NCBI GenBank assembly: GCA_052145815.1
Contig: JBKQNU010000103.1
Span: 44,836 to 108,835 of the forward strand
DNA length: 64,000 bases
Direction of reading: 5' to 3'
Source: Terracidiphilus sp.
GTDB lineage: Bacteria; Acidobacteriota; Terriglobia; Terriglobales; Acidobacteriaceae
Shown: piece by piece, positions 40,339 through 50,492 of the stretch
Layout: every line of letters begins with the position of its first letter
Numbering within the stretch: the stretch's first letter is position 1
Notes under the pieces: model-generated
The model's input: only the letters and a program-made list of their open reading frames with translations
Database searches by the model: none
What the model was told of the DNA's origin: nothing
Program-made: the position numbers and the translations under genes

Positions 40339-41637
40339 ATGGCTCAATACCAATATCAAACCGGGTTTGGCAACGAGTTTGCCACCGAGGCCCACCCCGG
40401 CGCTTTGCCGCAAGGGCAGAACGCCCCCCAGCATGCCCCGCTTGGCCTCTATACAGAACAGCTCAGCGGCACGGCCTTTACCGCGCCACGCCTCCTCAAC
40501 CGCCGCACTTGGAGCTACCGCATCCGGCCCTCGGTCATGCACGAGCCCTATCGCGAGTTTGTGCAGAGCACGCTGATGCGCAGCGGCCCCTTCAACGAAG
40601 TGCCCACGCCTCCCAACCAGATGCGCTGGAATCCACTCCCCATGCCCACTGAGCCCACCGATTTTGGTGGGGGGATCGTCACCCTCGGCGGAAACGGCGA
40701 CCCCGCAATGCAGGACGGCGTGGGCATTCACCTCTACGTGGCCAACGCCTCCATGCACGACCGCTTCTTCTACAACGCCGACGGCGAAATGCTCATTCTG
40801 CCCCAGCAAGGCCGCCTGCTGCTGCGCACCGAGTTGGGCGTTCTTGAGGCTGCCCCAGGCGAGTTGGCCGTGATTCCGCGCGGTATCAAATTCCGCGCCG
40901 AACTGCCCGACGGCCAGGCCCGAGGCTACATCTGCGAGAACTACGGCCAGAGCTTTCGTTTGCCGGACCTGGGCCCCATCGGCGCCAACGGCCTGGCCAA
41001 TTCGCGCGACTTCCTCACCCCCGTCGCCGCCTACGAAGACCGCGAAGGCGTCTTCGAGGTCATTTCAAAATTCCTCGGCCGCCTGTGGCGCGCGGAGATC
41101 GATCACTCTCCCCTCGATGTGGTCGCCTGGCACGGAAACTACGCGCCCTACAAGTACGACATGGCCCGTTTCAACTGCATCAACACGGTGAGCTTCGATC
41201 ATCCCGACCCATCCATCTTCACCGTGCTCACCGCGCCGTCCAGCCTGCCGGGCACGGCCAATGTGGACTTTGTCATCTTCCCGCCACGATGGATGGTGGC
41301 CGAGCACACCTTCCGCCCGCCCTGGTTCCACCGCAACATGATGAACGAATTCATGGGACTGATTCTGGGCCAGTACGATGCCAAGGCAGAAGGGTTTCTG
41401 CCCGGCGGCGCCAGTCTGCACAACTGCATGTCAGGCCACGGGCCAGATGCCGAGACCTTTGAGCGCGCCAGCGCGGCCGAGTTGAAGCCTCATTATATTG
41501 ATGGAACGTTGGCTTTCATGTTCGAGACGCGCCTGCCGGTGCGCCCCACCCGTTTCGCGCTGGAAGAAAAAATCCTGCAACACGAATATTATGAGTGTTG
41601 GCAGAGCCTGAAGAAGAACTTCAGCAGCGCTGGATGA
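40339..41637 (+). CDS. hmgA: Homogentisate 1,2-dioxygenase
   Basis: [50 protein letters not shown]. Confidence 0.97.
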   Translation: MAQYQYQTGFGNEFATEAHPGALPQGQNAPQHAPLGLYTEQLSGTAFTAPRLLNRRTWSYRIRPSVMHEPYREFVQSTLMRSGPFNEVPTPPNQMRWNPLPMPTEPTDFGGGIVTLGGNGDPAMQDGVGIHLYVANASMHDRFFYNADGEMLILPQQGRLLLRTELGVLEAAPGELAVIPRGIKFRAELPDGQARGYICENYGQSFRLPDLGPIGANGLANSRDFLTPVAAYEDREGVFEVISKFLGRLWRAEIDHSPLDVVAWHGNYAPYKYDMARFNCINTVSFDHPDPSIFTVLTAPSSLPGTANVDFVIFPPRWMVAEHTFRPPWFHRNMMNEFMGLILGQYDAKAEGFLPGGASLHNCMSGHGPDAETFERASAAELKPHYIDGTLAFMFETRLPVRPTRFALEEKILQHEYYECWQSLKKNFSSAG

Positions 41638-41681
41638 TTGAGGCCGGTGCGCCGGTCTGCTCCACCCAACGGAGCGCGTTG

Positions 41682-42995
41682 ATGATCGAAGTTTCAGCAG
41701 CCGAATGGAGCCGTAAAAGCTGGGTCGAATCAGCTAACGACCCAGCCTGCGGATTTCCCCTGCAGAGTCTCCCCTATTGCATCTTCGCTGGGGAGGACGG
41801 ACGCCCGCGCCTCGGCGTCGGCATTGGCGCATTCGTGCTGGACCTGCGCTGGTGCAAGGGGGCAGGCCTCTTCGAAGGCCTGCCGGCCCCTGTTCAAGCA
41901 GCCTGCGAAGCTCGCTCTCTCAATTCGCTGATCGCATGTGGAGCCGGAGCACATGCCGCTTTGCGCAACCGGCTCATGGATCTGCTCGGCTTGGATGCGG
42001 ATCAGGCCACGCAAGCAGCCGTAAGCGTTGCGCTCACTCCAGCCGAAACTACAACCCTGCTCAAGCCCGTGGAATTTGCGAACTACACCGATTTCTACGC
42101 CTCCATCCATCACGCCACGCGCGTAGGCCGGCTCTTTCGCCCCGAAAATCCCTTGCTTCCCAACTACAAGTATTTGCCCATCGGCTATCACGGCCGCGCC
42201 TCGTCGCTGGTCGCTAGCGGAACGCCGGTTCGCCGGCCGCGGGGACAGACAAAACCCGCCGGACCGGACGGGATTCCCAGCTTCGGCCCCACCCGCTTTC
42301 TCGATTACGAGGTCGAAGTCGGCCTGTACATTGGCGAGCCCAACCCGTTAGGGCATCCCGTTCCCATTCGCCTGGCCGCGGACCACATTTTCGGCCTGTC
42401 GCTGCTCAATGACTGGTCGGCGCGCGACATGCAGTCCTGGGAAAGCCAGCCTCTCGGCCCCTTCCTCTCCAAAAGCTTCGCCACCAGCGTCTCGCCCTGG
42501 GTGGTGCCCATCGCCGCGTTCGCTCCGTTTCGCGTCCCGGCCGATCTGCGCCCGCCCGACGATCCGGAGCCGCTCACCTATCTATGGGATGCGACCGACC
42601 AATCCGCCGGCGCCATCGACGTGATCGTGGAGGCCTGGCTGCTGACGTCAGCCATGAATGCCGCAGGCCAGCCTCCCCATCGGCTCAGCCAGGCCAATAT
42701 GCGCCATCTGTGGTGGACTCCCGCGCAGCTCATTGCCCACCATACCAGCAATGGCTGCAATTTGCTCCCCGGCGACCTGCTCGCCACCGGCACCATATCC
42801 AACCAGGAAGACGATTCGGCAGGCTGTCTGCTCGAGCTCACCGCCGGCGGCGCGAAGCCGATCCAACTGCCCAACGGCGAGCGCCGCACGCAGTTGGAGA
42901 ACGGCGACGAGGTCATCCTCCGCGGCTTCTGCCGCCGCGATGGGTTCCCGGATATCTCGCTGGGCGAGTGCCGCGGGGTGGTTGCCCCGCAATGA
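41682..42995 (+). CDS. fahA: Fumarylacetoacetase
   Basis: YTDFYASIHHA, PIGYHGRASS, NDWSARD, GPFLSKSF; alternative start at 41634. Confidence 0.95.
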   Translation: MIEVSAAEWSRKSWVESANDPACGFPLQSLPYCIFAGEDGRPRLGVGIGAFVLDLRWCKGAGLFEGLPAPVQAACEARSLNSLIACGAGAHAALRNRLMDLLGLDADQATQAAVSVALTPAETTTLLKPVEFANYTDFYASIHHATRVGRLFRPENPLLPNYKYLPIGYHGRASSLVASGTPVRRPRGQTKPAGPDGIPSFGPTRFLDYEVEVGLYIGEPNPLGHPVPIRLAADHIFGLSLLNDWSARDMQSWESQPLGPFLSKSFATSVSPWVVPIAAFAPFRVPADLRPPDDPEPLTYLWDATDQSAGAIDVIVEAWLLTSAMNAAGQPPHRLSQANMRHLWWTPAQLIAHHTSNGCNLLPGDLLATGTISNQEDDSAGCLLELTAGGAKPIQLPNGERRTQLENGDEVILRGFCRRDGFPDISLGECRGVVAPQ

Positions 42996-43008
42996 GGCAG
43001 CAAAATGC

Positions 43009-43437
43009 CTAAAGCGGCGCCCGCTCGACGGACGTGATGAACTGAATCCCATCCACCTGCATGCTATGCAGGCGTGTGTCATTGGTCAAAAACAAATCCA
43101 TCCCAGCAGTGCCCGCGCATGCCAACTGCATTGCATCGGGAGGGCGAACACGCAGTGCGCGTTGCGCGCGCAGCTTGGCGAATTGGCGCGCGGCAGGCAG
43201 ATCGAAGGGTAGAATCACAGCTGCCTGTTGCATCGCTCTCTCATACGCAGAGCACCGCGCCACGTCTCCAAATTCATATGGTTTGGCTAGCACCTCTCCA
43301 ACAGATAGGGCAGACGTAAAGAGCTGGTCCCCTCGAACTTCCATGCGCGCAAGAAGCGACTTCACACCCGCGGAAAATTGCGGGTGCTGTTCAAACAAAT
43401 AGATGAACAGATTGCTATCCCAGAACACGCGGCTCAT
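43009..43437 (-). CDS. vapC: PIN-domain VapC toxin
   Basis: VFWDSNLFIY, SVGEVL, PDAMQLACA, FLTND: all four acidic residues present. Confidence 0.9.
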   Translation of the reverse strand: MSRVFWDSNLFIYLFEQHPQFSAGVKSLLARMEVRGDQLFTSALSVGEVLAKPYEFGDVARCSAYERAMQQAAVILPFDLPAARQFAKLRAQRALRVRPPDAMQLACAGTAGMDLFLTNDTRLHSMQVDGIQFITSVERAPL

Positions 43438-43931
43438 TCCCACTCCTCCCGTAATCTGTTGATGTAGTCATCTGCATTCTCACCGCCCCAGAGGTCCTTG
43501 CCCGAACCTTCAAGTGCCAAAAGCGCGGCAAACCGAGAAGAGTCTTGGGGCCGGAATTTGCACCACTCCTTGTACCACTCGAGCAGTGGACGATACTGCT
43601 CAGGAACTTCCATCGCTGCGGGAACTGTCTTTGAGCCTTTGCGCCTCGGATCAAAAGGGTCGCCTGCGCAATACAGCCGGCGATGACCTGGCCGCGTTTC
43701 AATCAACATGCGGTAACGCCCTGGGTTTGGCGCCCGATTCGCAACACAATGCATCTGCGCGTGAATGTACACGCCCGGCCGTAGCACTTCGCAAATCTTC
43801 TCTTCGCGCGCCCGCTCGACGATCTCCTCAACTGCAAAATCCTCACGGGAGGGGTTTTCCCGATGCAGCAGGGCGGTCGCGATCCACACCTCGTCGGCTA
43901 CCTTTAAGCCCCGTTCGATCAAAAGTTCCAT
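43434..43931 (-). CDS. Hypothetical protein, putative non-canonical antitoxin
   Basis: AGGAGG RBS; ATGA overlap with vapC; tail LLALEGSGKDLWGGENADDYINRLREEWE. Confidence 0.8.
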   Translation of the reverse strand: MELLIERGLKVADEVWIATALLHRENPSREDFAVEEIVERAREEKICEVLRPGVYIHAQMHCVANRAPNPGRYRMLIETRPGHRRLYCAGDPFDPRRKGSKTVPAAMEVPEQYRPLLEWYKEWCKFRPQDSSRFAALLALEGSGKDLWGGENADDYINRLREEWE

Positions 43932-43953
43932 AATCGACCTCCTTTAGTCGCAA

Positions 43954-44005
43954 TTTGATGTTCTTACATCAAAACTAAGTATAGTAGAAAATCCAAAGTT
44001 GTCAA
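43954..44005 (-). promoter_or_regulatory. Sigma70 promoter plus operator for the antitoxin-vapC pair
   Basis: TTGACA (44005-44000), 16 nt, TATACT (43983-43978); perfect inverted repeat TTTGATGT-TCTT-ACATCAAA at 43954-43973. Confidence 0.8.
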
Positions 44006-44283
44006 GTCTGAACCTTGCAGGGCGACGGAACCCGCTAAAACGTTTGGCAAGCATTTGGCAGGCGAAGCATGTTTCTACGCGGTGAAATTGGCGAGAGACA
44101 AAAGAACTCCATCTTAACGTTATTAAGCTGGGCAGATGCCTAAGCGCTGATTTCTAAAGTAAAACGACCAACATTTCTCTTGATTCTCCTTCAAAGTCGT
44201 CTTCTCAGCGGCCTATCCTCTTGATCAGATGTGATGGGGATCACCCGAAGTTTCTCCCTGTCACTCGTCATGCGGAGGCCGCG

Positions 44284-45408
44284 ATGGCAACTTTTGCACC
44301 CAGCACAGTCAACGCTCGACAAGACTTTCTTCCCCTCAAAGGCACAGACCACGTGGAGTTCTACGTGGGCAACGCGCGCCAGGCAGCCTACTACTACCGC
44401 ACCGCCTTCGGCATGAGCCTGGTGGCCTATGCAGGCCCGGAGACCGGGTTGCGCGACCGCGCTTCCTATGTCGTGCAGCAGGGCAAGATTCGCTTCGTGC
44501 TCACCACGTCCCTGTGTCCCAACACTCCCATCGCCGACCACGTAGCCAGGCACGGCGATGGCGTTCGCGTCATCGCCCTCGAAGTGGATGATGCGCGCCA
44601 GGCCTGGCTCGAAACCACGGCCCGAGGCGCGCGCTCGGTGGTCGCGCCCATGGAAACAGGCGATGAATCCGGCCGCATTACCACCTCTTCCATCGCCGCT
44701 TACGGAGACACGATCCACACCTTTGTCGAGCGCGGCAACTACAACGGCCCGTTCCTGCCCGGCTTTCGCGCCGAGCACGCGGACACGGTGGCTCGCCCCA
44801 CCGGGCTCAAGCATGTAGACCACATGGTGGGCAATGTTGGCTGGCACGCCATGAATGAGTGGGTCGACTTCTACGCCAACGTGATGGGCTTTCAGCTCTA
44901 TCAGCACTTCGACGACAAAGACATCTCGACCGAATACTCGGCCTTGATGTCGAAGGTCATGTCCAACGGCAACGGCTACGTGAAGTTCCCCATCAACGAA
45001 CCGGCCGAGGGACGCCGCAAGTCGCAGATCGAGGAATATCTCGACTTCTACCAGGGCCCCGGCGTCCAGCACATCGCGCTGGCAACGGACGACATTCTCT
45101 CCACCGTCTCATGCATGCAGCAGCAGGGCGTCGAGTTCCTCACCGTCCCGCACACCTACTACACCGAACTCGCCGCCCGCGTCTGCCGCATCGACGAGCC
45201 TGTCGAAGAACTGGAAAGACTGGGCATTCTGGTCGATAGAGATGACGAGGGCTATATGCTGCAGATCTTTACGCGCCCCGTCGAAGACCGGCCCACGCTG
45301 TTCTACGAGATCATCCAGCGCAAGGGCAGCCGCAGCTTCGGCAAGGGCAACTTCAAGGCACTGTTCGAAGCCATCGAGCGCGAGCAGGCGCTGCGGGGCA
45401 ACCTCTAA
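44284..45408 (+). CDS. hppD: 4-hydroxyphenylpyruvate dioxygenase
   Basis: DHVEFYVGNA, DHMVGNV, GVQHIAL, FYEIIQRKG, FGKGNFKALF. Confidence 0.97.
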   Translation: MATFAPSTVNARQDFLPLKGTDHVEFYVGNARQAAYYYRTAFGMSLVAYAGPETGLRDRASYVVQQGKIRFVLTTSLCPNTPIADHVARHGDGVRVIALEVDDARQAWLETTARGARSVVAPMETGDESGRITTSSIAAYGDTIHTFVERGNYNGPFLPGFRAEHADTVARPTGLKHVDHMVGNVGWHAMNEWVDFYANVMGFQLYQHFDDKDISTEYSALMSKVMSNGNGYVKFPINEPAEGRRKSQIEEYLDFYQGPGVQHIALATDDILSTVSCMQQQGVEFLTVPHTYYTELAARVCRIDEPVEELERLGILVDRDDEGYMLQIFTRPVEDRPTLFYEIIQRKGSRSFGKGNFKALFEAIEREQALRGNL

Positions 45409-46193
45409 TGGCGACCACGATTGCGTTACCCAAAGCCGCGCCGTTTCTCTCCAAGGCTTCGTCGTTCCTGATTGCCCAGAACTACTCCGCCTACACCACC
45501 GAGCAGCACGCTGTGTGGGCCGAGCTGGTGCGCCGCCGCATGCCCCAATTGGAACGGCACGCGGCGCAGGAATATCTCGACGGTTTCGAGACCCTTTGCC
45601 TTCCCTACGACCGGCTACCCAACCTAGCTGCAGTCTCCGCAAAGCTCGAGCGCCGCACCGGATGGAATGCCACGCCTGTCAGCGGTTTCATGCCCGCTCC
45701 GGCTTTCTTTGAAATGCTGGCCGCGCGCCGCTTCCCCACCACCACCTGGCTGCGCACCCGCGATTCGCTCGAATACACGCCGGAGCCGGACATCTTTCAC
45801 GACGTCTTCGGCCACGTCCCCATGCACGCGCTTCCGGTCTTCGCCGACTTTCTGGTGCATTATGGGCAGGTCTGCTCACGCATTCAGGATGATGCGATTT
45901 TGGAACGCATTGGCCGCGTCTTCTGGTACACGGTCGAGTTCGGGCTCATTCGCCAGAACGGCGAGGTGAAAGTCTACGGCAGCGGTCTGATCAGTTCCAA
46001 CGGCGAGTGCTCTAACGTTTTGCATAGCGGCTGTGCCGTGGCTCCTTTCGTTCTCGACGAAGTGTTGCGCACGCCCGTCAAGGTGGACGAGATGCACCAT
46101 CTGCTCTTCGCCATAGAGAGCTTCGAAGAAATCTATGAAGCAATGCATACGCTTGAGGCGCGCATCCGCCGTGGCTCGCATCTGGATGATTGA
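45408..46193 (+). CDS. phhA: Phenylalanine 4-monooxygenase
   Basis: PEPDIFHDVFGHVP, WYTVEFGL, YGSGLISS. Confidence 0.93.
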   Translation: MATTIALPKAAPFLSKASSFLIAQNYSAYTTEQHAVWAELVRRRMPQLERHAAQEYLDGFETLCLPYDRLPNLAAVSAKLERRTGWNATPVSGFMPAPAFFEMLAARRFPTTTWLRTRDSLEYTPEPDIFHDVFGHVPMHALPVFADFLVHYGQVCSRIQDDAILERIGRVFWYTVEFGLIRQNGEVKVYGSGLISSNGECSNVLHSGCAVAPFVLDEVLRTPVKVDEMHHLLFAIESFEEIYEAMHTLEARIRRGSHLDD

Positions 46194-46283
46194 ATTGCCC
46201 AAAAATAAGCTTCAAAGAAACCCAAACGAGCAGATCGTCGCAACCATCCTCACCTGCGGCCCGTGGCCAAAGTGAAGCTCCCC

Positions 46284-46395
46284 TTCTCCCGGCGGGGAGA
46301 AGTCGAAAATAGCCCAGGATGGAGTCCGCCGCAGCGGACGAAAATCCTGGGAAGAGTCCAGTCGTATTGGCTCCGTCCCGGAGGGCCGGAGCGAA
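46284..46395. repeat. Palindromic repeat family B (multi-hairpin)
   Basis: TTCTCCCGG..GGGAGAA, AATAGCCCAGGA...TCCTGGGAA, CTCCGTCCCG; second copy at 58532. Confidence 0.75.
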
Positions 46396-46494
46396 TTCGT
46401 TACTCGCCGGATGATTCCCATCCGATCCACTTGGCCAACCAAGGGCTCCCTGGATGCGTCATGATAATGGACATGCTATAGTCTTCGAGTTTTC

Positions 46495-48261
46495 ATGGAT
46501 GGTTGGATGGCCGAAGAATTGAAGTTCGACTCGAGCCTTGGGTCAAAGCTCGATCCAGTAGCGCCGCGAGCCAGGGCGAACCGCGCGGCGCTGAGCACGC
46601 TGATGGCTGCATTGCGTGCGGAAGAAGATTCGATTCGGCTTGGCGGTGGTGCCAATGCCGCCGAAGCCCAGCACGCTAAAGGCCGGCTGGCGGTAAGGGA
46701 ACGCCTCGCCCTGCTACTCGATGATGGAACGGAATTCCTGGAGTTGGGTCTCTGGGCCGCGTATGGAATGTATGGCGAATATGGCGGCGCTCCCGGCGCC
46801 GGCGCGGTCACCGGATTGGGCCGCGTAAGCGGGCGCCTGTGCATGATCGTCGCTAACGACGCCACGGTAAAGGCCGGCGCGTTCTTCCCCATGACGGCCA
46901 AGAAGGTGCTGCGCGCCCAGACCATCGCGCTCGAAAACAGAATCCCGACTCTATATCTCGTCGACTCTTCCGGCATATTCCTCCCGCTGCAGGAAGACGT
47001 CTTTCCCGACACCGACGATTTTGGCCGTGTCTTCCGCAACAACGCGGTCATGAGTTCGCTCGGCATCCCGCAGATCACCGCCATCATGGGCATGTGCGTC
47101 GCCGGCGGCGCGTATCTTCCCGTCATGACAGATACGATCCTTATGACCGAAGGCTCAGGCCTGTTTCTCGCCGGCCCCGCGCTGGTGCAGGCGGCCATTG
47201 GCCAAAAGACCGACGCTGAGGAACTGGGCGGTGCGTCGATGCACGCGGAGATCTCCGGAACCGTCGACTTCAAAGAGCCCAATGATCATTTGTGCATCGC
47301 GCGATTGCGCTCCCTGGTAGGAAAAATGGGGGAAAGGCACTCCGCCCCGATTGGTGCCGAAAAATGGGAGACCGCACGCGAAGTCTTCAACGCGCGCGAG
47401 TTCAATGCTCACCGCGACGCGCCAAGATTCGCTACTGAGGATTTATATGGGTTGCTGAATCCCGCTCCGGGCGCAAGCAATGTGTACGACATGCGCGAAG
47501 TCATTGCGCGCATCGTGGATCGCAGTGAGTTCGACGAGTACAAAGCGGACTTCGGCCGAACGGTTCTTTGCGGTTATGCACGCATCGGCGGCCGTGCGGT
47601 AGGCATCGTCGCCAACCAGAAGATCAATCAGAATCAGACCGTCGCCATGGGGCCAGCAGCCGGCATGCAACGTATCGAGGTCGGCGGCGTCATCTATACA
47701 GAGAGCGCGCAAAAGGCAGCCCGCTTCATCATGGATTGCAATCAGAACCTTGTCCCGCTGGTGTTCCTGCACGACGTGAATGGCTTCATGGTAGGCAAAG
47801 ATGCGGAGTGGTCGGGCATCATCCGTGCCGGCGCAAAGATGGTTTCCGCAGTGAGCACCAGCGTGGTGCCGAAGATCGCTGTAATCATCGGCGGCAGCTT
47901 TGGTGCGGGCCACTATGCAATGTGCGGCAAGGCCTACGATCCGCGATTCCTGTTCGCGTGGCCTACGGCTCGCTATGCGGTGATGAGTGGCGCTTCAGCG
48001 GCCAACACCCTTGCGGAAGTTCGCGCCAAGCAGATGGAGCGCAGCGGAAAAGTCTTGTCGGAGGCAGAGAAGAAAGCACTCTACGACGAGATCAAGGACA
48101 GTTACGATGCGCAGGCTGATCCACGCTATGGAGCCGCGCGCCTGTGGATTGACGCCATCATCGATCCCGCAAAAACCAGGGACGTATTGATCACGGCGCT
48201 CGAAGCCTGCGCCCTGAATCCCGACCTGCCCCGCTTCAATCCCGGGGTCCTCCAGACCTGA
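46495..48261 (+). CDS. Acyl-CoA carboxylase carboxyltransferase subunit (methylcrotonyl-CoA carboxylase beta-like)
   Basis: ANDATVKAG, CVAGGAY, LFLAGP, GFMVG, GGSFGAG. Confidence 0.9.
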   Translation: MDGWMAEELKFDSSLGSKLDPVAPRARANRAALSTLMAALRAEEDSIRLGGGANAAEAQHAKGRLAVRERLALLLDDGTEFLELGLWAAYGMYGEYGGAPGAGAVTGLGRVSGRLCMIVANDATVKAGAFFPMTAKKVLRAQTIALENRIPTLYLVDSSGIFLPLQEDVFPDTDDFGRVFRNNAVMSSLGIPQITAIMGMCVAGGAYLPVMTDTILMTEGSGLFLAGPALVQAAIGQKTDAEELGGASMHAEISGTVDFKEPNDHLCIARLRSLVGKMGERHSAPIGAEKWETAREVFNAREFNAHRDAPRFATEDLYGLLNPAPGASNVYDMREVIARIVDRSEFDEYKADFGRTVLCGYARIGGRAVGIVANQKINQNQTVAMGPAAGMQRIEVGGVIYTESAQKAARFIMDCNQNLVPLVFLHDVNGFMVGKDAEWSGIIRAGAKMVSAVSTSVVPKIAVIIGGSFGAGHYAMCGKAYDPRFLFAWPTARYAVMSGASAANTLAEVRAKQMERSGKVLSEAEKKALYDEIKDSYDAQADPRYGAARLWIDAIIDPAKTRDVLITALEACALNPDLPRFNPGVLQT

Positions 48262-48281
48262 TCGCGGGAGTCTTGTATCAG

Positions 48282-48341
48282 GGCACGACTTCAGTCGTGC
48301 CGCAAGTGCAGCATTAACATCGTGGGCTTTAGCCACTGCGG
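48282..48341. repeat. Palindromic repeat family C
   Basis: GGCACGACTTCAGTCGTGCC...GGGCTTTAGCC; second copy at 58640. Confidence 0.75.
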
Positions 48342-48371
48342 GAACTCGGGAACCGAATCAGAATAGAAGGA

Positions 48372-49571
48372 GTGCCAAATATGAGAGTTGAGCTTGAACC
48401 CGTGGCGAGTTTATATCCGTTCGTCTTGACGGAAGATCAGGAGCATCTCCGACGCGAGATCCGCGAATTTGCCGCGCGAGAGATTGCTCCTAACGCGATG
48501 ATCTGGGACGAGGCTTGCGAGTTTCCCATGGCGGTGATCAAGAAGCTCGGAAAGATGGGCCTGCTCGGCGTCATCTTTCCGCCTGAATATGGCGGCTCGG
48601 GCCTCGGCTATGTCGATTACGTGCTGGCCATCGAAGAACTCTCGGCAGTCGATGGCTCGGTAGGCATTACGGTTGCCGCGCATAATTCGCTCGGCACCAA
48701 TCACATTTTTCTCGCCGGCAATGAGCAGCAAAAAAGTAAGTACGTGCCTTTGCTTGCCAGCGGCGAATGGCTCGCAGCCTGGGGACTCACCGAGCCGGGC
48801 TCCGGATCGGATGCCAGCGCGGCCCGCACCACGGCCGTCAAAAAGGGCGACCGCTATGTGCTCAACGGAAACAAGACATTCATCACCAACGGCCGTTACG
48901 CTGACGTTTCTGTGGTGATTGCGGTGACGGACAAGAGCAAGGGCACGCACGGTCTATCGGCCTTCGTGGTTGAGAAGGGGACACCGGGTTTCCGCCCAGG
49001 CAAGAAAGAGAACAAGCTTGGCCTGCGCGCCAGCGATACCAGCGAATTGATTTTTGAGGATTGCGAGTTACCAGCGGAGAATCTTCTCGGCGTCGAGGGC
49101 GAAGGCTTCATTGACGCGATGCGCGTTCTCGATGGCGGCCGCATCTCCATTGCCGCACTCGCGCTGGGCATCGGCCGCGGCGCGCTCGACGCGGCCTTGA
49201 AGTATGTGAAGGAGCGGCGCCAATTCGGCAAAGCCATTGCCGAGTTTCAGGGCATTCAGTGGAAGCTCGCCGACATGGCCACCGAACTCGATGCGGCCCG
49301 ATTGCTGACTCAGCGCGCGGCTGTCCTCAAGGATGCGGGACGCAAAGTGACGCGCGAATCTTCCATGGCCAAGCTCTTCGCGAGCGAGGTCGCAGTGCGC
49401 ATCTGCGACGAGGCCGTACAGTTATTCGGAGGCTACGGCTTCATCAAGGACTATCCCGCGGAGAAGTATTATCGCGATGTGAAGCTATGCACCATCGGCG
49501 AAGGCACCAGCGAGATTCAGCGCATGGTCATCGCAAGAGAAATACTCAAAGTCCATCCGTCGCGCGGGTGA
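48372..49571 (+). CDS. Acyl-CoA dehydrogenase
   Basis: [42 protein letters not shown]. Confidence 0.95.
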   Translation: MPNMRVELEPVASLYPFVLTEDQEHLRREIREFAAREIAPNAMIWDEACEFPMAVIKKLGKMGLLGVIFPPEYGGSGLGYVDYVLAIEELSAVDGSVGITVAAHNSLGTNHIFLAGNEQQKSKYVPLLASGEWLAAWGLTEPGSGSDASAARTTAVKKGDRYVLNGNKTFITNGRYADVSVVIAVTDKSKGTHGLSAFVVEKGTPGFRPGKKENKLGLRASDTSELIFEDCELPAENLLGVEGEGFIDAMRVLDGGRISIAALALGIGRGALDAALKYVKERRQFGKAIAEFQGIQWKLADMATELDAARLLTQRAAVLKDAGRKVTRESSMAKLFASEVAVRICDEAVQLFGGYGFIKDYPAEKYYRDVKLCTIGEGTSEIQRMVIAREILKVHPSRG

Positions 49572-49607
49572 GTGCCGGCGAAGGAAGTGTCAATTTGAGC
49601 AAGATCG

Positions 49608-50477
49608 ATGGGTGACCTGGTCAAGATCGTCGAATGTCCGCGCGACGCGTGGCAAGGCCTGCCGGTGCCGATTCCCGCCGAGCGAAAAGCCGAATATCTG
49701 CGCAAGCTCGTAGCGGCAGGTTTCAAGCACATTGACGCGGTCAGCTTTGTCTCCCCCGCGGCAGTTCCCCAAATGGCCGACTCCGAAAGTGTGCTGAAGC
49801 TGCTCGATTGTCCACCTGATGTTGAAATCATCGCGATCGTGGTGAATGAACGAGGCGCGCAGCGCGCAATCAAGACCGGCGCGGTGCAGACGCTCGGATT
49901 CCCATACTCCATCTCGCCGGAATTTCTCCGCCGCAATCAGAATCAGACACAGGAGGAGTCCCTGCAAGCACTGCGTTCAATCTCCAACCTCGCGTACAAC
50001 GCCGGGTTGAACGTCGATGCCTATGTCTCGATGGCTTTCGGAAATCCGTATGGAGATGCGTGGAGCATCGATCAGGTTGAGACTGCGTGTAATCTGTTGA
50101 TCGAAGCAGACATCCGCCAGATATCGCTGGCCGACACCGTCGGGTTAGCAACGCCCGCGCAGATTTCCGACACAGTGGCCCAAGGGCTCGCAGCAAAGGG
50201 AGGAGCCGAGATTGGGGTGCATCTCCATGCGCGACGGCAAGACGCTGCGGCGAAGATCCGCGCCGCTTATCATGCAGGCTGCCGGCGTTTCGATTCCGCA
50301 ATCGGCGGGCTTGGCGGTTGCCCCTTTGCGCAGGATGCGCTGGTTGGCAACATTCCCACGGAAATCCTGGTTACGGAATTGAAGGAGTTACGTGCCCGCC
50401 TGACGGAGTTACAGCCACTGGACGACCTGACTTATACCAGCGCAGAAATTGCAAAGGATTTCGGCGCCGCCAATTGA
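49608..50477 (+). CDS. Hydroxymethylglutaryl-CoA lyase
   Basis: ECPRDAWQ, SLADTVG, HLH, GGLGGCPFA. Confidence 0.92.
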   Translation: MGDLVKIVECPRDAWQGLPVPIPAERKAEYLRKLVAAGFKHIDAVSFVSPAAVPQMADSESVLKLLDCPPDVEIIAIVVNERGAQRAIKTGAVQTLGFPYSISPEFLRRNQNQTQEESLQALRSISNLAYNAGLNVDAYVSMAFGNPYGDAWSIDQVETACNLLIEADIRQISLADTVGLATPAQISDTVAQGLAAKGGAEIGVHLHARRQDAAAKIRAAYHAGCRRFDSAIGGLGGCPFAQDALVGNIPTEILVTELKELRARLTELQPLDDLTYTSAEIAKDFGAAN

Positions 50478-50492
50478 TGAGCACGCTGTAAC

